64,000 nucleotides of DNA from Mobula hypostoma (taxonomy: Eukaryota), in assembly GCF_963921235.1 (NCBI RefSeq), contig NC_086097.1, forward strand, positions 174,036,001-174,100,000, given 5' to 3'. The notes under the pieces are model-generated. The model had not been told where the DNA came from and ran no database searches. It saw only the letters and a program-made list of their open reading frames with translations. Position 1 is the stretch's first letter, and each line of letters starts with the position of its first letter. This document shows, piece by piece, positions 13,531 through 27,276 of the stretch. A program made the position numbers and the translations under genes.

Positions 13531-16500
13531 TGTTGAAAAGTATCAATAGTCAGCCACTTGTCATACTGCCAGGGCGCGTTTCACCAAGCAAGCAGCACGA
13601 TTTTACTTGTTATTATGTTTTTTTTCATTTGGCATTGTGGGAATAATATAAAAAATATATGATTCAGTGTATGTGGGAGAGAAACGTTCTTCGAACCATT
13701 GAAATTTAAAACAAAAAAATCGAATTTATTATCGCATATTTGGGTAAATTAAAATTCAACAATATTCCAGAAATTGGATATTGGTATAAACTGTGAAGTT
13801 ATTTAACTGTTAATTTGTTTGTTTGTTTATTTATCCGTTTTCAATAGATGCCGTCTGTTTTGCTTCATGGCCAGTTTATAATCAACCAAATCAGCATCAT
13901 TTGCCTTACATATTATATCCGATTTCTGATTCTGGTTCAGAATACCCAGGTAACTCGTCAGCAGGCCCTGTTGATCGGGAAACTGATTAATTTAAGAAAA
14001 GCAATGTCAGTGATTGCTTAGTAATCATTGCCGGAATGTGTGTATGACAAAGGAAATCCGAACAGACTGGAAATCTCCGGAGCCTTCCCTTTAAAATTTA
14101 AAGGACTTAATTCTATGACCACAGCTTGTCCTCTTCCTACCCATGAGGGTTTCCTTTCCCCCATTCAGCTATGAGATATAATCTAGAAAATTATGGGCGA
14201 AATTTAGTATGAAACAAATTTCAATCCATTGCACATCCAACCCTCAATTTAAATCGCCCATAAATTGTGAATGGTTATCTAATGTGAGAAGTAGATAGGT
14301 AGGTCGGAAGGGGTGAGTATATTAAAACTACACCTAATTGGAAATTGAAAAGCATTTTCGGACTTCAAATTTAAAGGCGCTGAGATGTAACACACCGTGA
14401 TCTAACACCCCGCCAATAAAATCCGAATGCCCAGGCTAAGGAATCATCTTTATAACTAGTACTGAAATGCAAAATATATCTAATTAACCACCAGATGAAT
14501 ATCTAAACTGATTTACTGATTATACTTTTTTTAAACATACTGTATTATTTTGGGGTCCACCTTGGAATATCAGCCTTAAATACAACAGCAAAGGGTGATT
14601 ATTACAGAACTTTAGTTTCTTACTAGTTCGCATTTAGTTTCAATTATTCCTCTCTTTCAAAAATATTTTTAAAGAAAATTCTTTGTTCTGCATTTTATTG
14701 ATAAAAATCAGATGTGATTTTTAAACAAGCCTACAGTGGATTAGCGACAGTGATAAATGGTTCAGGTACCAATGATCAAACGGCATAACAAAATGTAGAA
14801 CATCAATATGCTAATATTAGTTATTCATACGAACAAGTGAAACGGTTAGTTTGTACATTGGATTCTGCAATACATAGTAGTTTTAAAATAATATTCAAAA
14901 GAATGCAATCAGCTATGCAATTTCATGACGTCGCAGCTTTTCAGAATGTTATTGATTTAAAAGCTGGAGGCTTGGAAACATTTGGTAAAATGTTTCGAGA
15001 ACTTTGCAAACTCTCTGAAGTGGCAGATCGAGCAAGCATTTGGGAGCCGGTTACCGGCTTGGAGCGCCGCCCAGCGGCTGCCACGGAGAATGAAGACCGG
15101 AGTGAAGGAAACGATAAAGCAGTTCCCTCAAAACGTACCTAACTTTAATATTTTCCACCCAGCTAATGCATACCAGATTAAGAAAATCAATGATGTAAAA
15201 AGAAAACTATGCGCGACAAATTTAAACCAGAGTGAACATAACATGTGATTTTTTTTGAATGAACACTCAAATTTTGCTTCGGATGTTGGGCACGATGATG
15301 AACATTTGGTTCTGACATGTTGCAACACTGGCAAAATGTTTCTTTAAATCGTTTACAGTTTAAAACCAAAAAACATTGGAACAACAAAACATCTTCGTTA
15401 TATTATGTTAGAAAGAATCGAACGTGAAAATAATATCGCGTAATCTCGCAGTTCCTTTTTAAAGAATATTCCATAGCTCTTACCTCTTGCATTAATAAGT
15501 GGTTGTTTAACAACAAACAGAACCGAAGGTTGCTTTACAGGTGAAGTAACCACATACTTCGTTTCATAATAACCATTAAGGAACGTTTTTATGAAGCGGA
15601 GTTTAACACAGATGTGAAGAATTTAATCTGCCCCATAAAGTTGGTGTTAACGAAGTGTCAAAATGTGATTTGATCCCACACTAGGGAACCAGTTCTACCA
15701 AGTTGCTGCTATCTGGTAGATTATTCGGACCATCATTAAAAGTTACTGATTAGTGAATGGGGCTCCACTCGATGGGCACAATAGCGGTTTCACAAATTAG
15801 TTTTTATGTATTTTTAAACTCCGATGAGATAAACAATAGGACAATCGAGTCTCGCTGACCAACTTTGCATTTGGCAATCACGCCTTTGTCAGATAAACAT
15901 AAATAAACAATGAAATATTTGCAACAAAAACAAAGCTTGTACTTTGCCTCTATATGGTTTTCATGTGAACATGAAATACGATTTAGGACCATATGTGCCT
16001 GCCCAACGTTCAGTTAAATAGCAGCAATAGCGTCAGATAGATGTGCAATGGTTTTAGTCTTTATATTAATCTTTCCAAATCTCTCCTTTTGTGGTTTGGT
16101 ATCAGATCTGTTTTCTCGCACTTCCCTGAACGGTCACAACGGTTAGCGGCGCGGCGCAAAACGGGGTGTTATTTTTAACGGACGCAACACACATTATTTC
16201 CTCTGTACACCTGTGTGTTCTTTGCCTTTGCGCCGGCCTGTTGTTCCTCTACCAACATCCATTGAAATAAGGTCAGAACCGCTCAAGGGAAACTATTAGT
16301 CTAATATCTAACCGCAGTCTATTTCGTGTTGGTTAAATGACCTATCTCCAAACTCACTGCCAAAAAAAAATCAGATATTTCCACACAGAGTATTTAGTTG
16401 CCTTCCTTAGTACACAGAGGAACTGTAATATCTCACGTTCTCGCTTTAGATTTTCACGCCAAATCATAGACTGTCACGTCGCCATTATTTGCAGAATTTT

Positions 16501-19500
16501 GGAAAGCAAAATAGCGATTATTGTCAGGAATCAAACTCAATAAACTTTTTATATTCCGTTTTATCATTTAAAGTAACAAATATTTGGCTATTATCTAGCT
16601 TATATCACAGACGCCCAATCCATATTTTAAAGATAATATTTGAGGAAACCGCCGACATCGATACTCAAAATAGAACAGATTAATTGGTTTCATAATCAAT
16701 AATGCTACCTGGTAAATCAGTTATGTTGAAGAGTTATGACCAACACTTAAACGACCTACGAAGAGGCTTGAGTAAATTTTAAGAATTCCATGCATACGCA
16801 TTTTTGTTATGATTAATGTATATTTTTCTCCGCAGATGTTGACTAACCTGCCTTTTCTTTTTAGATTTCAAACATCAGCAAATATTATTGTTTTATTTCA
16901 TTTAGTTCGTTTTCAGAATACAGTACGTTTGAGAAGATGTGTGATTTCATGTTTCGCCGCAGGTACCGTATACCTGTATCGAGAGCGACTTAATCAAAGT
17001 CAACCCAAACCATCCTATGGATTTGGCCACTCTTGGAATCCTTAATTTCAGAGCATTAGAAAAGGTGTCGGCATCATTCCATTCTTGTGCTCTGTGCTGT
17101 TTAATTTTCATTGTGAGTGCTCACCACCAACTTTAAAGAAACTCATTACTTTGAATAAATAAAGTTTTCCAGCTTTGGATATGTGTACGAAATTATTGTA
17201 ATACATCAGTTCAAACTATCCCCTTATGTGAAATGCTCAATGGGACGTTTGTTTTGGCCAAACACCGTGCCGCAGAATTATATGAATGATGTAATTTCCT
17301 TAAGTGTAATGTACTTCACAAAACAATCTGCTTCGAAAGTATCATTCCGTCCCGCGCTCATCATCAATACATTTACTCCCTTGGAACAACTTTGCCAGAT
17401 TTTCTCTGAGCAGGGAAACTCGAAGAATTTAATATTCCCACGTGCCCATTACAAATAAAGTTTGAAATATCAAATCAGTTCGTTATTAAGATAAGTATAT
17501 ACACCCAACCTTGATTCAAAAGCTGGGATTTATTTTGAGAACTTAGAAGAAATATGAAATTTTAAAAAACCTTCTATGTCAAGGGTTCCGTTTAGTGTCA
17601 ATTAGAAACAGCTCTCCCGAGGAGACAATTGTTCTAAGAAAATTAAACCGTTTGAACTGATTAGTAAACTTTCAACCGTATCTATGAAGTGACCTAGGCT
17701 TCAAGATGTTTTTAGATTTAGGATCTGTTGTTTGCGTATTTTAAAATGTTATCAGAGAGACACAGAGAGTGCGTTCCATTTTAAAACGAATAACATTGAG
17801 TTAAATTGGGCATCGCCCCTCGGTTCTGTCATTGTACATCATTTGAGGGTTGTTTTACGGTCAAACAATTAAAACTAAACATCCTGAAAGCGCTGTACAT
17901 TCAGCGTACATTACAACCAATTGGAAAAAGTAAGCAGTTGATATGTTTTGTTTTTACAAATAAACTTCAAAGTTCATATTAAATTTCACTGGAAACTATT
18001 CCACAGCAATGCCATGACAACATATGAACAAACCAATCAAAACACAAGGTGGAACTCAGCTCTTCCCTGGTTCATTGTTAACAGTAACAAGCACTTGCAA
18101 TGACCTAAGGGGATGTCCGGCAAAGGCAGAAAATAATATACTGCACAATGATAAAGCCATCAAATATTCATTGAAATGAAGAACTTAGGCGTTTGGTAAA
18201 AAGAAACACAAGTGACATGGAGGCAAAAAAGTAACCAACGTTTACAAGAAGTCAGAGACTTAGTTTGATTTATTATTTATTCAGAGGCATCGCAATCTCA
18301 GAATTGATGAGTAGAAAGGCTGTGCCTTTCAAAATGATAAAGCATTGAGACTCAGGTTAGTTGGAAGAAGCTTAGGAGACAAATGGGACAAATAGGCTGA
18401 GCACTATTGATAGTACTTTGGAAGAGCCTCAACCAACCAGTGAGGGACCAATGTACAATTCACCATGAGTATCATGACCCATGTCAAAAAGATGTAGCTT
18501 CCAGTATGAGAACATACCTATCAGCAGTTTATTTGGATGAAGACTAAGGACAATTTATATAATAGCAATTAATGCCACAGTCACAAAGATTTGGATTAAC
18601 TGAAGGAGCTTCCATGAAAGTGAAGGAACAGGAGCATGTTGATGAACTGTCTTATAATATTATGGACAAACTATGTGACATGCTGAACTTATGCCCATGA
18701 ACTCCCTAATTCATGATTAAATCCCTATGGCCCCAAATTGCTTTGAACCTTGAGGGAAGACAGAGAGTGACTGAACAGTGCAATGTAAAATGAGTGATGA
18801 GATAATAAAGGCAGACACTGAGGGGAAGAGAGAACAGGTCCTCTATTGCTCAGTGGGGAGATGAAGTTATACATGTATTGTTGATGAGACTAGACAGCTG
18901 AATGATTATATTACCATTATTCATAGCAGATAATACAGACTAGTGTGGGAAATGTCAGAGTATGCTGGAGAATCAGCCTTCTTTCTCATTCTTTGAAAAC
19001 TGATTTTTAAAAATCAAAAACAGGTGCAAAAATGGCAAAAACAATGTTCACTGGGATTTTTTGAAAACTTGTAAGATACAGTACAAAAAGCACTGCATCA
19101 AAAACAACAATGTGAAATTGATGGGCAACATGTGGATAATGAGTGAACTAAACTACACTACCATCACTTCTAAGTGAAGTAAAGCAAACTTACTTCATGT
19201 TTAACAAAGTACAGTGCAGCATACGCATGGGCTCATCACGTTTCATTAACCTAGCCATGAAGAGAAAAACAAATGCCAAAATGAAAAATAGTTTGTAATA
19301 GTAACTTCACTGATACACTTCATCAATTCAGCAGGATGTTTTAATTCCTGGAAATTAAGCACGAATCTACACAGAAAATATTGTAGATAAATAAACAAAA
19401 ATTATGTGCTTCACCTTGGTGAATTGTATTAAAACAAATCCAAGTAAAACAGTATTTATTAAGCATTAATTTTGAAGATGTTTAAATATATTTAATTAAA

Positions 19501-19799
19501 TGTTTAAGGTTTAAATAAATAGTTTTCAAAACAAAGTATATTATAGAATTTTCTAAGCAGAGTAGGCTGCTTTCTCATTAAATAAAAGGGCATCACATAG
19601 CAGATTTGATTGAGCAGTTTCTCGTCAGGCTACTTCCATCCAGTCAAAGCAATCCCGAGGTCAGAACGTATCCAGCTAATAAATCATTAAGTTAACAGAT
19701 CATTCAATTAGTAGTCACCGCAGCACTAGAACACATCAGAAGGTTAATTGCATTCAGTTAATTAATCCTGCATAATATTCGACAAGAGGAGTCATGGCA

Positions 19800-20330
19800 G
19801 AAGACCTGACTCCAATATTTCAATTCTCTCTGGTTACAGCAATGGTGCTGGAGGTTTGGAGGATGGCTATTGCTGCTTTGAAAGGGAGGAAGGGATAAGC
19901 AGAGTTATTTACAAGCCATTAGTTAGACTTCATGGTGTTGGAGTTACTGGAATCCATTGAAAGAGTTGAGAGAATAACTTAAATTTTAGAAAGATTATAG
20001 ATAGGCTGAGTTTATTCTCACTGAAATGTAGGAGTCTGAGTGATTTACATATCCAAAAGTGCGTAAAATTATGAAGAGCACAGAAAGGGTAGATAGTCCT
20101 TTTTCAGGCAGTGGAGACAGGTTTATCGCGAGGGGGTGATAATGTGATGTGAAGGAAGAATTTTTCACAGAGAGCAAGGTGGTTATCTGGAACAAGCTGC
20201 CCTTGGAGGTGCTGGAAGCAAATGCAATTACAATACTTAAGCAATGGTTGGACTGGTACTTGGACAGGAAAGGTGAAGAAGGATATGGGCCTAATATGGG
20301 CAAATGGGATTCGTGTAGATAGATAACCTG
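19800..20330 (+). mobile_element. Eroded CR1 LINE 3' fragment
   Basis: Degenerate tttttcacagagagc...tggaacaagctgccc...gtgctggaagca...ggatatgggcctaat matches CR1 3' ends elsewhere in the window. Confidence 0.7.
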
Positions 20331-20346
20331 AGACAGTCAACAGAAG

Positions 20347-22218
20347 GTCATAGAAAAGTACCACACATAAACAGGCCCTTCTACTCATCTAGCCTATGTC
20401 AAACTATTTAAACTGGCTAACCCCATTGGCCTACACCTGGACCATAGCCCTCCATATCACTCCCATCAATGTACCTATCTATATGTCTCTTAAATGTTGA
20501 AATTGAAATTGTATCCACCACTTGCCCTGGGAGTTCATTTCATACTTCCACCACCCTCCAAGGGAAGAAGTTTTCTCTCTGTTCACCTTAAACATTTCAT
20601 CTGTCACCCTTAACCCATGACCTCTAGTTGCAGTCTCACCCAATCTCAGTGGAAAAAAGTCTGCTTGCATTTACCCTATCTATACCACTCATAATTTTGT
20701 ATATCTCTATCAAATCTCCCCTCAATATTCTATGTTCTAGGGAATAAAGTTCTATGTTTTTCAATCTTTCCTTATAACTCTGGTTTTCTAGATCCAGCAA
20801 CATCTTTGTAAGTTCTCTCCGTACTCTTTCAACCTTGTTTATATATTTTCTGTAGGTAGGTGACCAAAACTGCAATACTCCAATACACCAACATCTTATA
20901 TAACTTCAGCATAGCATCCCAATTCCTGTACTCAGTACTTTGATCTGTGAAGGCCAATGTGCCAAAAGCATCCTTTCCAACCCTACTTGTGACACACTTT
21001 CACTGAATTATATACCTGTATTCTCAGAGCCCTTTGTTTGAACACACTCCTCAGTGCCCTACTGTGTAAGACCTACCCTGGTTGGTCCTCCCATATTGTA
21101 ACACTTCACACTTGTCTGCATTAAACTCAATCTGCCATTTTTCAGCCCATTTTTCCAGCTGGTCCAGATCCTGCTGCAAGGCGCGATAGTCTTCCTCGCT
21201 GTCCACTACACCCACAATCTTGGTGTCATCTGCAAACTTGCTGATCCAGTTAACCACCTCATCATCCAGATAATTGATATACAAGGCAAACAACAATGCA
21301 CTGATCCCTGCAGCACTTCTCTAGTCACAGGCCTCCAGTCAGAGAGGCAACCATCTACTATCACTCTCTGGCTGCTCCAACACAAAGCCCATATCGAATC
21401 TAATTTACTACCACATCTTGAATGCTGAGCAACTGAACTTTTTTGACCAATCTCCCATGTAGGGCCAAGTCAAATGCCTTGCTAAAGTCCATATACCAAG
21501 ACAATATCTACTACCTTGCTTTCATCACCTTTCCTGGTAACTTCTTTGAAAAAAAACTATACAATTGGTTAGACACAACCTACCATGCACAAAGCCATGC
21601 TGCCTATCTCTGATCAGACCCTGTGGATCCAAACTCATATATCTGATTCCTTAGAATACCTTCCGATAACTTTCCCACGACTGATGTCAGGCTCACTGGC
21701 CTATAATTTCCTGGTTTATTTTTTGAGCCTTTCTTAAACAGTAGAACAGTTCAGTTCTCCTCCAACCCACCGGTAACTCACCTGTTGCTATGGATGATTT
21801 AAATATCTCTGCTAGGGTCACTGCAATTTCTGCTCTTGCTTCACACAGGGTCCATTAGAATACCTTGCCAGGTCCTGGGGACTTGTTCACCCTAATTTGC
21901 CTCAAGACAGAAAATACCTCTGTATCAGGTCCATGACCTTGCTGCTGCTTTGCCTCCCTTCTGCAGACTGTCTCCTGAGTAAATACAGGAGCAAAAATCT
22001 GTTCATAATCTCCCCCATTTTTTTAGCTCCACACATGGATTACCATTCTGATTTTCCAGAGGACCAATTATGTCCCTTGCAGTCCTTTTGCTCTTAACAT
22101 TTCTGTAGTATCCCTTAGGATTCTCCTTCACCTGGTCTGCTAAGGCAACCTCATGCCTTCTTCTAGCCCTTCTGACTTCGTTCTTAAGTGTTCTCGTGCA
22201 ATTCTTATACTGAAGAAC
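20347..22218 (-). mobile_element. CR1 LINE (RT region and 3' end), left part; interrupted by the Gypsy element
   Basis: ORF pieces [20 protein letters not shown]...WQIEFNADKCEVL and QFWSPTYRK...LYSLEHRILRGDLIE. Confidence 0.9.
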
Positions 22219-22437
22219 TGTAGCGGTGTCCTACACACAGAGCTAGAAATAACGACACGCAGTCTGTAAGTCGCACTCAAGACTGGTTTATTCAAACTTC
22301 ACGACACTGGCTTTTAAGCAGTTCCCTTCCAGCCCTCTCCGGGTAGAAATGACGTCAGAGGTGCATTACAAAAGTCTCTCCCCGCGCGGGGGCTATTTTG
22401 TGAGCCAGTTCGCCTGTGTAGAAAGTGGGTCGCCACA
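22219..22437 (-). repeat. 3' LTR of the Gypsy element (219 bp)
   Basis: tgtagcgg...cgccaca; polypurine tract (G10 on minus strand) at 22441-22450. Confidence 0.93.
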
Positions 22438-25400
22438 TAACCCCCCCCCCGAACTGGCGATACACCCCCCAATGTCCACAGTCTGGATCAGTCTCTGTTT
22501 CGGCGGTCTCCCTCTGCACCGTAGTGCCTGAACCTCGACTGGCTACGCCAAGTCCACATGGGCTGGTTTGAGTCGGTCCACCGTGAAAACCTCCTTTTTC
22601 CCTGCAATGTCCGGAATGTACATGGACCCGTGGTTACTGATCACCTTGAACGGCCCCTCGTACGGCTGCTGTAGCGGAGCCCAGTGTGCGCCCCTTCGTA
22701 CGAATACAAACTTACAGTTTTGCGGGTCTTTGGGTACGCAGGTCGGGATCTGTCCGTGCTGTGAAGTTGGTATGGGCGCCAGGTTGCCGAGACTTCCACG
22801 TAGTCTGTCCAGAACTGCTGCGGGTTTTTCCTCTTGCCCCCCTTGGGGCTGGTATGAACTCTCCTGGGATGACCAGGGGTGTGCCGTACACCAGCTCGGC
22901 CGACGAGGTGTGCAGATCCTCCTTGGGTGCTCTGCAGATTCCAAGCAGGACCCAGGGAAGTTCGTCCACCCAGTTAGGCCCCTCCAGGCGGGCCATGAGA
23001 GCCGATTTCAGGTGACGGTGGAAGCGTTTCACTAGTCCGTTCGACTGTGGGTGGTAGGCAGTTGTGTGGTGTAGCTGTGTTCCCAACAGGCTGGCCACAG
23101 CCGACCACAGGCTGGAGGTGAACTGGGTGCCCCTATCGGAGGTAATGTGGGCTGGTACCCCGAAGCGTGCTACCCAGGTTGCAATCAGCGCTTGGGCACA
23201 AGAATCGGTGGTGGGGTGTCGGTGAGCGGGACTGCCTCTCCATAGTCAGGACCTTGCGACACTGGCAGGGGCCCCACGATATCGACATGAATGTGGTCGA
23301 ACCTCCGGCGGGTGGGTTCGAACCGCTGCGTCGGAGCCTTGGTGTGCCGCTGCACCTCGGCCGATTGGCACTGCATGCACGTTTTGGCCCATTCACTGAC
23401 CTGTTTACGCAGTCCATGCCACACGAACCTGTTGGAGACCAGCTGGATGGTTGTCCTGATGGAGGGGTGCGCCAAGTTGTGTATGGAGTTGAAAACTCGC
23501 CGCCGCTAGGCTGCCGGGATGATGGGGCGGGGTTGGCCGGTAGCTACGTCACACAGGAGGGTCCTCTCACCTGGACCTACGAGGAAATCTTGCAGCTGCA
23601 AACCCGAGACTGCGGTCCTGTAGCTGGGCATCTCGACGTCTGCCTGCTGTGCCTCTGCCAGCGCTGCATAGTCCACTCCCTGGGACAGGGCCTGTATGGT
23701 AGGTCTGGATAGTGCATTGGCCACAACATTGACCTTTCCCGAGACATGCCGGATGTCCGTCGTGTATTCGGAGATGTAGGACAGATGTCGCTGCTGGCGG
23801 GACGACCAGGGGTCGGACACCTTCGTGAACGTGGTCAACGGTTTGTAGTCCGTGAATGCGGTGAACGGCCTGCCTTCTAAGAAGCACCTGAAATGCCAGA
23901 TTGCCAGATATAGTGCCAACAGTTCCCGGTCGAAGCCACTGTATTTGAGTTTGGGTGGCCGTAGGTGCCTGCTGAAGAATGCCAGGGGTTGCCAGCACCC
24001 CTTGATGAGTTGCTCCAGCAGCCCACCGACTGATGTTGGATGCGTCCACCGTGAGGGCGGTTGGAACGTCCATTCTGGGGTACACCAGCATCGCGGCATC
24101 TGCCAAGGCTTCCTTGGCTTTAACGAAAGCGGCCGCGGCCTCTTCGTCCCAAGTAATGTCCTTGCCTTTACCCGACATGAGGGTGAATAAAGGGCACATG
24201 ATACGGGCTGCTGAGGGGAGGAAGCGGTGGTAGAAGTTCACCATACCAACGAACTCCTGCAGGCCTTTGACTGTGTTGGGCCGGGCGAAGTGGCAGATGG
24301 CGTCTACCCTGGCGGGCAGAGTTGTTGCCCTGTCTTTGGTAATCCTGTGGCCCAGGAAGCCGATGGTGTCGAGTCCGAACTGACATTTGGCCGGGTTGAT
24401 CGTGAGGCCAAAATCACTCGGGCGGGAGTAGAGCTGGCGGAGATGGGACAGATGCTCCTGACGACTACTGCTGGCTATGAGGATGTCGTCCAAATAGATG
24501 AATGCAAAGTCCAGGTCGCGCCCACCGCAACCATTAGTCACTGGAACGTCTGTGTGGCATTCTTCAGGCCGAACGGCATTCGGAGGAATTCGAACAGACC
24601 GAATGGGGTGATGAGTGCTGTTTTGGGGATATCTTCAGGGTGTACCAGGATTTGATGGTATCCTCAGACGAGGTCTACTTTGGAAAAGATGCTTGCCCCG
24701 TGCAGGTTTGCTGCAAAGTCCTGTATGTGTGGCACAGGGTAGCAGTCTGGTGTTGCAGCCTCGTTCAGTCTGCGGTAGTCACCGCATGGTCTCCAGCCCC
24801 CGGCTGCTTTGGGCACCATGTGCAGGGGGGAGGCCCATGGGCTGTTGGACCGCCGTACAATCCTCAATTCATCCATCTTCTTGAACTCCTCCTTCGCCAG
24901 GTGGAGCTTGTCCAAGAGCAGCCTTCGTGCGCAGGCATGGAGGGGTGATCCCCGGGTTGGAATGTGGTGCTGTACTCCGTGTCTGGGCATGGCTGCCGTG
25001 AACTGTGGTACTAGAAATGATGGAAAGTCCACCAGGATTCTGGTGAATTCATTGTCAGACAGCGTGATGGAGTCCAGGTGTGGGGCTGGCAACTTGGCTT
25101 CACCCAGGGAGAACATCTGGAAAGTCTTGGCATGGACCAGTCTTTTCCCTTACAAGTCAACCAACAGGCTGTGGGCTCGCAAGAAGTCCGCCCTCAGGAG
25201 TGGATGGGCCATGGCGGCCAGTGTGAAGTCCCATGTGAACCGGCTGGCGCTGAACTGAAACTGCACTGTGCGGGTGCCGTAGGTCCGTATCGTGCTGCTG
25301 TTTGTGGCCCTCAGGGTGGGTTCCGGCTCCCTGTTGTGGGTGTTGTACCCCGTCAGGGGTAAGACACTGATCTCCGCTCTGGTGTCGACCAAGAAGTGGC

Positions 25401-26197
25401 GTCCCGGCTGTTTGTCCAGACGTACAAGAAGCTGTCCTGGTGGCCAGCTACCATAGCCATTAGTGGCGGCTGGCCCTGGCGTTTCCCGGGAACATGCAGG
25501 GCGGGCGACAACGGTGGGCTTCTGTGCCCCACCGCTGGTGGTAGAAACACCACTGTTCATTGGCCTCCTTGCTCCTGCCTCTGGGTTGTTCATTGGCCTC
25601 CTCGCTCCGTTGCCAGGCCTGGTCTGGCCTGCTGTTGGGCACGTGGCTTGGTAATCTATCCGACGGATGCCCCGCTCTCCCTCTTGGCTTTCCACAGCAC
25701 GTCTGCCAGGGCCGCCACCTTCCGGGGGTCGCTGAAATCTGCATTGGCCAGCCGCAGATGTATGTCCTCGGGCAGTTGCTCTAGGAACGCCTGCTCAAAC
25801 ATGAGGCAGGGCTTGTGTCCTTCAGCCAGGGCCAGCATCTCGTTCATTAATGCTGATGGCGGCCTGTCTCCCAAACCGTCCAGGTGCAGCAACGGGCACC
25901 TTGCTCACACCGTGAGAGGCCAAAGGTCTCTATGAGCAGCGCTTTGAATGCCGCATATTTGCCTTCTTCCAGGGGTGACTGTATGAAATCCTCAACCCGT
26001 GTGGCTGTCTCCTGGTCAAGGGAGCTCGCCACATAATAGTAACGCGTGGAATCTGAAGATATCAGCCGAATCTGGAACTGGGCTTCTGCTTGGTCAAACC
26101 ACACGTGTGGTTACAGCGTCCAGAAAGTTGGCAGTTTTAGCGAAACTGCGTGAACAGATGAAGAGTTGATCATCTTTGGTCCAAATCCCGTTTGGAC

Positions 26198-26211
26198 TGT
26201 TGGGGTCACCA
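26198..26211 (-). promoter_or_regulatory. Primer-binding site complementary to the tRNA-Trp 3' end
   Basis: Minus strand TGGTGACCCCAACA adjacent to the 5' LTR; tRNA-Trp ends ...CGUCGGGGUCACCA, and the differences are CpG-type transitions. Confidence 0.8.
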
Positions 26212-26212
26212 A

Positions 26213-26402
26213 TGTAGCGATGTGCAGTCTGTAAGTCGCACTCGAGACTGGTTTATTCAAACTTCGCGGCATTGGCTTTTAAGTAGTTCCCTTCCAGCCC
26301 TCTCCGGGCGGAAATGACGTCAGAGGTGCATTGCAAAAGTTTCTCCCCGCACGCGGGCTATTTTGTGAGCCAGTTCACTTGTGTAGAAAGTGGGTCACCA
26401 CA
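26213..26402 (-). repeat. 5' LTR of the Gypsy element (190 bp; about 30 bp shorter than the 3' LTR)
   Basis: tgtagcga...caccaca, aligns with 22219-22437. Confidence 0.93.
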
Positions 26403-26722
26403 GAAGCTCATTTGTTCCTACCTGCTATGCACATCATTTTTTTCTTAACCAGGGCCTCAATATCTCTCAAAAACCAAGGTCACCCTCAACCATTTATCCT
26501 TAACATTTATTCTGACAGGCTTCGTACTCTCAAAATTTGACCTTTGAAGGCCTCCCATTTACCACGTACACCTTTGCCAGAGAACAGCCTGTCCCAGTCC
26601 ACACTTGCCAGATCATTTCTGATACCATCAAAATTGGCCTTTCTCCAATTTGGAACCTCAATCTGAGGACCAGACCTGTCCTTTTTCATAATTACCTTAA
26701 AACTAATGGCATCATGATCACA
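26403..26722 (-). mobile_element. CR1 LINE continuation, right part of the 20347-22218 copy
   Basis: PNWRKANFDGIRNDLASVDWDRLFSGKGVRGKWEAFK; sequence continues across the Gypsy insertion. Confidence 0.85.
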
Positions 26723-27276
26723 TAGATTTATTAATGGAAAATTGTGCTTGAGTGATTTGATTGAATTGCTTGGGGAAGTAAAAAGATGGACACAGTGCAG
26801 TTGACATTAGCTATTGTACATGAATTTTAGCAATGCTTTTGACTATGTCCCATGTAGCAAGGTTGTCCAAATTGAAAACACCATGCCCGCCAAAGCAGAG
26901 TGTCAAACCATTATTATGAATATTTTGACACGTAAGCTGTGTATAATTTAAGTTAATTTAAATCTAGATTAACTCATTTTGTAATGTAATATGTTGCTGC
27001 TGCAAAGAGCTTATCTTAAGGACATTCATACCCTGTGAATGTATTCCATGACAAAGATTTGAACTTGAACTTGAACCGGAACCCTAAACATCTCTGTGGC
27101 GATTGGCACTTTTGTTACTGGAGGTTGTTGCCTCTGGGGTTTCACAGGGTTTAGCCCTCAGTATGCTTTTTATTATGTAAATTCTAATGATTCAGACAGA
27201 GATGTATGGGACATGATAACGAAACAGGCAGGTAATTTTAAAAACTGGCTAAATTGAAGAGGAGCAATATAGTTTG

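Larger units (their letters stand above)
22219..26402 (-). mobile_element. Full-length, decayed Ty3/Gypsy LTR retrotransposon (CsRn1/Kabuki/Boudicca-like), about 4.2 kb
   Basis: Two TG...CA LTRs, PBS and PPT; gag (WFDQAEAQF, CHCC), PR (FLVDTRAEISV), RT (PWASPLHMV, FIYLDDILIAS), RNase H (YSGFDRELLA), IN (HIHVDIVGPLP, HTTAYHPQSNG) in Gypsy order; flanks GAAC/GAAG give a probable 4-bp TSD with one mismatch; several frameshifts and stops. Confidence 0.95.

Noticed and set aside
14837..15248. 101-aa and 88-aa ORFs, plus the palindrome AGCCGGT-T-ACCGGCT near 15045
   Set aside because: No recognisable domain or exon structure; a single 15-bp palindrome is not significant without conservation data.
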